From: an uncultured bacterium
Lineage (GTDB): Bacteria; Poribacteria; WGA-4E; GCA-2687025
Reading direction: 5' to 3'
DNA: 64,000 nt
Assembly: GCA_964473525.1 (NCBI GenBank)
Contig: CAYYPK010000010.1
Span: forward strand, 97,657-161,656
In this document: positions 30,383-39,797 of the stretch, one piece after another
How positions within the stretch are numbered: position 1 is the first letter of the stretch
Layout of the letters: every line of letters begins with the position of its first letter
Notes under the pieces: model-generated
Told to the model about the DNA's origin: nothing
Seen by the model: the letters and a program-made list of their open reading frames with translations, nothing else
The model's database searches: none
Position numbers and translations under genes: made by a program

Positions 30383-31315
30383 ATGGGTCAGGTAGTCCAG
30401 GGGCTTTGGTCGGGCATCACGCTGGTGCTCGTCCTGGGGGTCTTGGGATTCCCGTTCTTCGTGTGGAAGCGCCGTCCTGCCTACTACTGGCGCTGCCCGC
30501 GGTGCCGGCACCACAACACACTCGACACGCGTGAGTGCGGCGCGTGCGAGCATCGCGTGCTCGAGGACGAGATGCTCAAGTACATCCGGGCCGACTGGAC
30601 AGGTCCGGACCTGCTCGCGCTCTATCTCACCGCCGCCCTGCTCGGGCTCGCTGTCTCCGCGCTGATGCTGATCGGGTCTGGCCGCATCCCTCAGTCGGAG
30701 ATCACGACCGCCGAGGCGCGCGAGTTGGCACAGAACCCGGACGTGTTGTGGACGTTCTTCGTGCTGATGGGAGCGTTCCTGACGGTCCTGACCGTGTGGA
30801 TGCTGGGCAGTCGGTTCCGTTGGACGCTAGGCGCGCTGGGCCTGCGACGCGAGTCGCTTGGTCCCAACATCCTCGCGGGCGCTGGCGTCGGCGTCGTGGT
30901 GGCGGCGTTCTCCCTTGGCGTCCACGCGCTCACCAATTCCATGGCGTGGCTCTCAACCGACTCCCTCGGTGTCCTCGACCTTTTCCCAGTGCGCATGAGA
31001 GACCCGCTATGGGTGCTCATCCTGCCCGGCTCCCTCATCGTGGCGCCCCTCTCCGGCGAGCTGTTCTTCCGGGGCATGGCGTACCGCACGCTGCGCGGCC
31101 GGTGGCCAATGCCCGCGGCCGTCATCGTCAGCTCGCTGTTGTTCGCTCTGGGCACGAGCGTGGTCGCTCCCTTCGCGGCGCTCGTGGCCCTCGGAGCCGC
31201 CAACGGCGTGCTCTTTGAGCGAACGCGGTCGCTCGTTCCCGGCATCGTGGCGTCGGGGGCGCACGGCGCGCTCGTCGTTGGGTGGGCCGTGGCCAGGACG
31301 GCGTGGGCGCACTGA
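30383..31315 (+). CDS. CPBP-family (CAAX/Abi) intramembrane metalloprotease with N-terminal zinc-ribbon
   Basis: SGELFFRG (EExxxR-like) and downstream conserved His in TM helices. N-terminal CPRCRHHNTLDTRECGACEH Cys4 ribbon between the first TM segments. ATG at 30383; the track ORF has a non-homologous upstream extension. Confidence 0.65.
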   Translation: MGQVVQGLWSGITLVLVLGVLGFPFFVWKRRPAYYWRCPRCRHHNTLDTRECGACEHRVLEDEMLKYIRADWTGPDLLALYLTAALLGLAVSALMLIGSGRIPQSEITTAEARELAQNPDVLWTFFVLMGAFLTVLTVWMLGSRFRWTLGALGLRRESLGPNILAGAGVGVVVAAFSLGVHALTNSMAWLSTDSLGVLDLFPVRMRDPLWVLILPGSLIVAPLSGELFFRGMAYRTLRGRWPMPAAVIVSSLLFALGTSVVAPFAALVALGAANGVLFERTRSLVPGIVASGAHGALVVGWAVARTAWAH

Positions 31316-32103
31316 TGCACGACCTCGAGCTTGGGGATGCGTCAGAGTTCGAGGCGATCCCGTACAACCGGTTCGCCTACGCCTACGACGACATGATGGC
31401 CCACGTCGACTACGGCCGGTGGGTGCGGTACATCGCCGACCTCTTCGAGCTGTACGACGCCAAGCCGCGACGCATCCTGGATCTGGCGTGCGGCACGGGT
31501 TCGGTCGCGATCCCGCTCGCCCAACACGGCTTCGAGGTCGTCGGCATCGACCGCGCGCCCGGCATGCTGGACGTCGCCGCGCGGAAGGCCGAGCGCGCTG
31601 GCGCGGAAGTCGAGTGGGCCGAAGGCGACATGCGCGACCTCGGGATCGACGCCGAATACGACGCGGTCGTGTGCCTGTACGACAGCGTGAACTACATGCT
31701 CAGCGCCGCAGAGCTGAAGATGGCGTTCGAGAGCGTCAGCAGGGCTCTTCGCCCCGGCGGGCTCTTCATCTTCGACGTCATCAGCGAGCGGAACATCCTC
31801 CGGCACTTTCACTCGAAGACTTTCGCGGAGAACCACCCGGAGTACACGTTCGTCTGGAAGAACGTCTACACGAAGTACGACAAGGTCTGTCGGACCGAGA
31901 TCACCTTCTTCTACCGCGGCGACAACGGCGCATTCAGCCGGTCGGTAGAGTCGCACGTCCAGAGGATCTTCGAGCTCCGCGAGATACGCGCCGCACTCAA
32001 ACAGACCGGCCTCAAGTACCTCAGCGCGTTCGACGCCTGGAGCATGACAAAGTACGACCGCCACTCCGACCGCATCAACGTGACCGCCCGTAAGGGCGCC
32101 TAG
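31315..32103 (+). CDS. Class I SAM-dependent methyltransferase
   Basis: ILDLACGTGSVAIPLA motif I. The start ATG overlaps the stop of the CPBP gene (TGATG). Confidence 0.75.
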   Translation: MHDLELGDASEFEAIPYNRFAYAYDDMMAHVDYGRWVRYIADLFELYDAKPRRILDLACGTGSVAIPLAQHGFEVVGIDRAPGMLDVAARKAERAGAEVEWAEGDMRDLGIDAEYDAVVCLYDSVNYMLSAAELKMAFESVSRALRPGGLFIFDVISERNILRHFHSKTFAENHPEYTFVWKNVYTKYDKVCRTEITFFYRGDNGAFSRSVESHVQRIFELREIRAALKQTGLKYLSAFDAWSMTKYDRHSDRINVTARKGA

Positions 32104-32210
32104 CCATCGCGACACACCGGCGCGTAACCCTAAACGCGACGACCGTCGTTCCCGTCTAACCCAGACAGTGAGCCCGCCCGGCCATCGCGTAACACATACG
32201 GAGCGGAGAG

Positions 32211-32963
32211 ATGTCGCGCGCCAACGGCCGCAGAACCGAACGTCGTCGAGGACTCGTATGGCCCTTGTTCTTCATTATCGCAGGCGTGTTCTGGCTCATG
32301 ATCGCCCGGGCCGGGTTCCACCAGCAAGAAACCCGACACGAGCACGCGCGGCGACAGGCAGACTACATTCAGCGCACGCGCCAGGGCGCCGCCGCCCGCA
32401 AGCCGTATACGTCGTGGCATGTCAACCCCGCGAACCAACACGCATACGCCGTGGTTGACGCCGGCACATGGGCGGCGTGCGAGTCTGCCGCTGCCGCGCT
32501 GGGTGGCCATCTGGTCACGGTGAACAACGCCGCGGAACAGGAGTGGCTCCTGGAGCAGTTTGGCCCGGAGACCCGGTACTGGATCGGGCTGACGGACGCT
32601 GGCTCCGAGGGCGAGTGGCGTTGGGTCACGGGCGAGCCGCTGGACTACACGAACTGGGCCGCTGAGGAGCCCAACGACTACGGCCCGGGCAGCGAGGACT
32701 ACGCCCACATGGGCCCCATGGCGGGCGGCGTGTGGAACGACCTTGGGCCTGACAGCGCGCAGTGGTCGGGGCTCACCAAGGCGATCATAGAACGACCCGT
32801 GCCCATGGCAGGGATCGAGACCTTGTCGCTCAGGGCGCTGCCGAACCAGACGTTAGGCGACCTGGACGTTCAGTTTCGCGTCCACGAAGGCGTCGAGGCG
32901 CCACGCAGAGCGCCGTTGCTGACCCCCGACGCTGCCGCCGCTCCCGTCCCGGTAGCACCATAG
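32211..32963 (+). CDS. Membrane-anchored C-type lectin domain protein (EPN/WND type)
   Basis: N-terminal TM segment (LVWPLFFIIAGVFWLMIA) followed by a CTLD: WIGLTDAGSEGEWRWVTGEPLDYTNWAAEEPND...GVWNDL. This carries the EPN and WND Ca2+/sugar-ligand motifs and conserved Cys. Confidence 0.7.
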   Translation: MSRANGRRTERRRGLVWPLFFIIAGVFWLMIARAGFHQQETRHEHARRQADYIQRTRQGAAARKPYTSWHVNPANQHAYAVVDAGTWAACESAAAALGGHLVTVNNAAEQEWLLEQFGPETRYWIGLTDAGSEGEWRWVTGEPLDYTNWAAEEPNDYGPGSEDYAHMGPMAGGVWNDLGPDSAQWSGLTKAIIERPVPMAGIETLSLRALPNQTLGDLDVQFRVHEGVEAPRRAPLLTPDAAAAPVPVAP

Positions 32964-33238
32964 CTGCCGTCGGTCCCTCACAGGGCCCGCGCGCGCAACG
33001 CACGGTCGTCCGCGCTGCGGCCATGCGCCCCGTGTGGTCGGCTGCGTGGGCAAAAGCCTGACAGCGGCCCGCGAATCCCGTCCGCGCGGTCCGCAACTGT
33101 AGTGATCTGGCTGACAGACTCGCGCCACGCGCGGCGCCATAATGTTGTCACGGCTAAGCGACGGAGCCGATAGGGTAGCCAGGAGCTTCCCTCCACCTCG
33201 ATGCGAACAGAATAGCGACGAGTTAGGACCGGCGGGCT

Positions 33239-35360
33239 GTGCCAACGACACGCGCCACCGCTCTGGGTACCCTTGTGCTCGGCTCACTACTCATCGGGGA
33301 GTTGGCTTGGGGCGCCGGAGTGTCTCTCAGCATGCCGCCGACCCGCGGACGCCGCGGCCTGGAGGTCACCGTCTCGTTGGAGACGAGCGACCTAACCGGG
33401 GCCGACGTCACGGCCGCGGAATTCGTGCTGGGCTACAACCCAGCGCACGTGACTCCCCTGGGCATCGAGCAACAGGGCCCCCTCACCGAAGGGTGGCTCG
33501 CCGCGTCGCGGGACTTCGGTGACGCTTTCAAAGTGGCGCTCGCGAGCGCCCCCCCCCCCCCCCACGCCCGCGTCCGGCGCGGGCCCACTCGTACATCTCC
33601 GCCTGCTCATTGGCCTACGCGCGCCCGACACGGTGGCCGTTTCGATTTCCAACGCCTACCTCAACGCGGACGCGGTGTCCGTCGCGACGCGCTCCATCAC
33701 GGTGGACGCGGCGCCCGCCTCGAACAGCCCTCCGGTGGCGGTCGCTGGCGATGACTTCACAGTGCAGGTAGGCGAGCCGTTCACGTTGAGCGCCGCCGCG
33801 TCAAGCGATGCCGACGGCGCCATTTCTGGGTACGAGTGGGATCTCGGCGACGGACACACTTCGTCGGGACCTGCCATTCTACACGTCTATGACTGGATCG
33901 GCGCCTACACAGTCACGCTCCGCGTAGGCGATGACGAAGGAGCCGTCGCCAGCGATCTCGCGATCGCGACAGTCAGACCCGCGGAGCCAGCGACCAACCC
34001 GAGCGGCGACCCGCTCACTCTCTTCGCCGGCGGTGGGGTCTACGTCCACGCGCCAGCGTCGGTTTTCCGCGGCGGCGCCATGGTCGCACAAGCACATCGC
34101 GCCGATGCGGAGGCGCTCGCGCTAGCGAGTCCACCCGATGGGTTCGCCATCTCGCTCCCCGCCCTTGCTCGACAGGTGACGCTGACACGGGATGGCGCCG
34201 AGGTCGAGACCGTGCGCGAGGCAATAGAGGTCGAGCTGACGTTCGACGAGGCAGACCTGACGCCGGTCGGCGGCCCTGCCGTAGACCCGTCTACCCTCGC
34301 GCCGTTCGTCGTGCGCGATGACGGCACGGCGGGCATGCTGCGCGAGGCGGCGAGGTCGGTTGGGAGCGTGACTTTCGCGACTCCGCGTCTGGGGGTGATG
34401 GGCCTCGGCGTCGTTACGCCGGGCGCCGATCTGCCCGAGCCAGACGCCGTTGCGGCGGCCGAGGACGTCAACGCCGACGGGCTGGTGAACATCATCGACC
34501 TCGTCACGGTCGCGCGGGCGTTCGGGCGTCCGGGTGTACCGGTGGCGGGGTCGGACATCAACGGTGACGGCGTCGTGAACATCTTCGACCTGGTGACGGT
34601 CGCCTCGCGGTTCGGACAGCCGGCGGCAGGCGCCCCTGCTCGCTCTGGAGCCGGCCCGGGACGGCCCAGCATTTCCATCGCGCGGGGAGACACGCGCGGG
34701 CACGTCACCACCTTCGACATCACCGCCGACACGCTCGTCGGCGTCGGTGGGTACGAGCTTGCGCTTCGGATCGACCCGTCCCAAGCGGAACTGGTCGACA
34801 TTGAGCAGGGCGACGCGTTGGGCCCACGCGCGTTCTGGATGGACCCCATCGGCTCGCAGGGCGAGCACCGCATGGCGTCCGTCGGACTGGGGCCGGCTGA
34901 ATCGTCGGGAGCCGCCACGCTCGCGCGCGTATACCTGCGCGACGCTCGCCGCCGAGGTCCGGCGTTGAGCGCGAGCGCGATACAGCTCCGTCAGGTGCTG
35001 CTGAGTGATGTCGTCGGTCATCCGATGCGCCACGAGATAGTGCCAGCGCGGAGAAGCTCGCCGGAGGCAACGACAACCGTGTACGCGAACTACCCAAACC
35101 CGTTCAACCCCGAGACGTGGATCCCGTTCTCGCTGGCCGAGTCCGCGGAGGTGACGGTGCGCGTCTACGACGACCGTGGGGGTCTCGTACGCACCCTGGC
35201 CCTGGGCGAGCGCTTAGCCGGCGCGCACACTGCCCCGGGCAACGCGGCATACTGGGATGGCACGAACGAGACGGGCGAAGAGATGGCAAGTGGCGTCTAC
35301 TACTACGAGGTCGCTGCGGGGTCTGTCCGCACGACGCGCCGCATGCTCATGGTCAAGTAG
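33239..35360 (+). CDS. Cohesin-PKD-dockerin-cohesin secreted protein with T9SS (Por_Secre_tail-like) C-terminal domain; reading frame interrupted at a poly-C tract (two ORFs 33239-33754 and 33519-35360)
   Basis: GTG start with signal-like N-terminus. Cohesin-like beta-sandwich both upstream and downstream of the C-run, then a PKD domain (WDLGDGHTS). Two dockerin-type Ca-binding repeats (DVNADGLVNIIDLVTV, DINGDGVVNIFDLVTV) and a second cohesin-like domain. C-terminal NYPNPFNPETWIPFSL...VRVYDDRGGLVRTL...SGVYYYEV...MLMVK. Removing one C from the 15-C run fuses the two frames. Confidence 0.7.
33549..33563 (+). repeat. Homopolymeric poly-C tract (15 nt) inside a surface-protein gene; frameshift point
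   Basis: Direct reading gives 15 consecutive C at 33549-33563. The upstream and downstream ORFs are in different frames that join if the tract is 14 nt. Confidence 0.85.
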
Positions 35361-35403
35361 GCTTTGTCGGAGGCCGCTACGCGCTGCGTACGCGACGAGC
35401 CGC

Positions 35404-37263
<1,860 letters not shown>

Positions 37264-37392
37264 CGTGCGGCGCCCTTCGAGGTGCGCAACTGAACTCACC
37301 AGGCGCGACGACGCGCGTCGACCGGCCGAATGGCTAGCGCCATGGTCGCTGCGGTTTCATTGCGCTACGGTGTGGTTGGGTCGAACCAGAGG

Positions 37393-37469
37393 TGGTCGGG
37401 GCGAGTGGATTTGAACCACCGACCCCCTGCTCCCGAAGCAGGTGCGCTACCGGGCTGCGCTACGCCCCG
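37393..37469 (-). tRNA. tRNA-Pro (anticodon CGG)
   Basis: Manually folded cloverleaf of 77 nt. Acceptor CGGGGCG/CGCCCCG, D-arm GCGC-AGCCCGGTA-GCGC, anticodon arm CCTGC-TTCGGGA-GCAGG (anticodon CGG), variable GGGTC, T-arm GGTGG-TTCAAAT-CCACT, discriminator A and encoded CCA. Confidence 0.9.
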
Positions 37470-37613
37470 ACCCGTCTATGGTAGATGCGCGGGCGGTACG
37501 AAGCAAGCGCAATCGGCCAGCGCGGAGCCGCTGGTTCTTGCGCGGCGACAGGCCGCGCAGTAGCCTCAGACCAGCGCGCCATCGCACGCGCGCTTAGCAC
37601 TTGTGAGGCGCCA

Positions 37614-37871
37614 ATGGATCCTGCGGGACTGGTAATCATCGTCGGCATCATCGTGACGTACAAGCTGGTGTCGCGGCACATCGACGTCCGGCGGATGGAG
37701 GCGCAGGCGCGTCTCCGGGAGACCGAGGAAGAGGACTCCTCACACGTGTACGAGGAGCTGGTCCGCATACGTGAGATGCTCGCCGACCTGACCATCGAAG
37801 ACCACGCCCAGCGCGGGCGGACGGCCCTGGGGCGCGATCCCTACGACGACGTAGACGACCGACGCACGTAG
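37614..37871 (+). CDS. Small single-pass membrane protein, paralog 1 (TM helix + EAQARLR + acidic coiled-coil tail)
   Basis: 85 aa from ATG 37614 (GAGG upstream). Sequence MDPAGLVIIVGIIVTYKLVSRHIDVRRMEAQARLRE...IREMLADL. Clearly homologous to the next gene. Confidence 0.5.
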   Translation: MDPAGLVIIVGIIVTYKLVSRHIDVRRMEAQARLRETEEEDSSHVYEELVRIREMLADLTIEDHAQRGRTALGRDPYDDVDDRRT

Positions 37872-38006
37872 CCTGGCCCGGCCGCCCACGGCCCACGCCA
37901 CCGGCCCCTGTGCGCGATTCTGCGCGCGGCTTGCGTCCTCGGCCGTGGGCGGAGTAGCCTCCGCACGACGCCTGTCGGTGGGCGCGGTAATAGGACAGGA
38001 GACGAC

Positions 38007-38273
38007 ATGTGGGATCCGGGCGTTATCGGGGTCTTCGTCCCCATCATCGCCATGGTGCTGGGGTACCGGCTCATCTCTCGGAACATTGAGGCCAAGAAGC
38101 TCGAGGCACAGGCGCGTCTGCGTGACGACGCGGATTCTCCCATCGCGCAACTGCAGGAGGACGTCCTCGCGATCAAGGAGATGCTTGCGGACGTCGTCCT
38201 GGAGGGCCACGTCGGCAGTCGCGAGGCGTTGCCGCCACACGCGGACGACGAACACGACGACTACCAGGCATGA
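38007..38273 (+). CDS. Small single-pass membrane protein, paralog 2
   Basis: 88 aa with strong AGGAGA SD. Sequence MWDPGVIGVFVPIIAMVLGYRLISRNIEAKKLEAQARLRD...IKEMLADV. Shares TM, EAQARLR and EMLAD blocks with paralog 1. Confidence 0.55.
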   Translation: MWDPGVIGVFVPIIAMVLGYRLISRNIEAKKLEAQARLRDDADSPIAQLQEDVLAIKEMLADVVLEGHVGSREALPPHADDEHDDYQA

Positions 38274-38279
38274 CGTAGA

Positions 38280-39023
38280 TTGGCGCCGACCATGATCTCT
38301 CCCGACTGCTCCCGCGACATCCAGATGCAGTTTCTCCGCCCCTCACAGCTCGAGACGCGTGGGCGCGAGTTTCCCGCCGTGTACGTCCCGTTCGGCCCGA
38401 TCGAGTGGCATGGCGAGCACCTGCCTCTGGGAACGGACGCGCTGAAGGCCCACGGAGTGCTGTGCAAAGCAGCGGAGACGCACGGAGGCGTTGTGTATCC
38501 GCCCATGTACGTTCACGACGGCTGGGATCTCGACGTCCTGACTCCCACGCTCACGCAGCTGTTCGGCCGCCTGAAGGACACGGGGTTCCGGGTCATCATC
38601 GGTGTCAGCGGGCACAACGTGCGGGGCATGATCGACATGATCGACGCGGCCCTGGAGCCGGTGCTGAGCGACGGCGCGGCGGCGGGGATGGGCATGTGGG
38701 AGATCACGCTCAGCCAGGGCCCCGAGAGCAGCACGGACCACGCGGCCAAGTGGGAAACCTCGGACATGATGTTCTTCCACCCGGATCGCGTAGACATGAG
38801 CGCGCTCGGGGAAGGCGAGCTGAACCTCGACATGAAGGCGCCGTCGGGCATCGGCGGTCTTGATCCGCGTGAGCACGCGTCTGCGGAGGTCGGCGCGCGG
38901 TGTGTCGAGCTGGCCAGCGACGCCATCGGGACGAAAGCGCACGAGCTGCTCGCAACGCTTCCGCCAGAGCATCGCGCGTTCGGCAAGGAGCGCATCGCCG
39001 TCGGGTCGTGGTGGATGGCGTAG
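38280..39023 (+). CDS. Creatininase-family amidohydrolase
   Basis: FGPIEWHGEHLPLGTD, GHNV and metal-ligand His/Asp/Glu pattern of creatinine amidohydrolase/MftE-like enzymes. Start is TTG 38280 or ATG 38292. Confidence 0.75.
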   Translation: MAPTMISPDCSRDIQMQFLRPSQLETRGREFPAVYVPFGPIEWHGEHLPLGTDALKAHGVLCKAAETHGGVVYPPMYVHDGWDLDVLTPTLTQLFGRLKDTGFRVIIGVSGHNVRGMIDMIDAALEPVLSDGAAAGMGMWEITLSQGPESSTDHAAKWETSDMMFFHPDRVDMSALGEGELNLDMKAPSGIGGLDPREHASAEVGARCVELASDAIGTKAHELLATLPPEHRAFGKERIAVGSWWMA

Positions 39024-39034
39024 GCGCGGGGCCC

Positions 39035-39763
39035 CTATTCGTCGGCGAACTTGTAGCCGACGCCCCACACGGTCTTGATGTACTGCGGGTCGGAGGGCTC
39101 CGGCTCGACTTGCTCGCGCAGGCGTCGCACATGCACGTCCACTGTGCGCGACCCCACGTAGTAGTCCGCGCCCCACACCCTGTCGATGAGTTGAGGTCGG
39201 GAGAAGACGCGGCCCGGGTTCCGCATGAGGAACTGGAGTAGGTCGAACTCCTTCGCCGTCAGCTCGACCAGATCGCCCGCCGCGCGTACCTCACGCCGGC
39301 TGGCGTCCAGCGTTATGTGGGCGCGCTCCAGGATGTCGGCGTCCACGGCGTTCGCGTCGTCCTGGGCATAGGCCCGCCGCATGACCGCGCGGACGCGGGC
39401 GAGCAACTCACGCGGGTTGAACGGCTTGCACACATAGTCGTCCGCGCCCAGCTCCAGGCCGACGATCTTGTCTACATCTTCCGCGCGGGCGGTCAGCATG
39501 ATGATGGGGACACTAGACTCTTTGCGGATGCGACGGCATATCTCGAAGCCATCCACGTTGGGCATCGCGATGTCGAGGAGCACCAGGTGGATGCGGTCGG
39601 CAGGCGAGCTCGACCTCTCGGCTTCGAAGAAGCGACGTAGCGTCTCCTCACCGTCGTACGCGCCGACGGTCTCGTACGACTCGTCGACGAGGTACGTGGA
39701 CACGAAGTCCACGATGTCCTCGTCGTCATCCGCGATCAGTACTCGGTACGGGAATTCAGACAT
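39035..39763 (-). CDS. OmpR-family two-component response regulator (no adjacent histidine kinase)
   Basis: Receiver domain (LIADDDEDIV...LLDIAMPNVDGF...MLTA) plus winged-helix trans_reg_C (KEFDLLQFLM...TVDVHVRRLR...IKTVWGVGYKF). Confidence 0.88.
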   Translation of the reverse strand: MSEFPYRVLIADDDEDIVDFVSTYLVDESYETVGAYDGEETLRRFFEAERSSSPADRIHLVLLDIAMPNVDGFEICRRIRKESSVPIIMLTARAEDVDKIVGLELGADDYVCKPFNPRELLARVRAVMRRAYAQDDANAVDADILERAHITLDASRREVRAAGDLVELTAKEFDLLQFLMRNPGRVFSRPQLIDRVWGADYYVGSRTVDVHVRRLREQVEPEPSDPQYIKTVWGVGYKFADE

Positions 39764-39797
39764 GCTCCGCCTTCTGCCGCCTCACCACGACGCGTGC

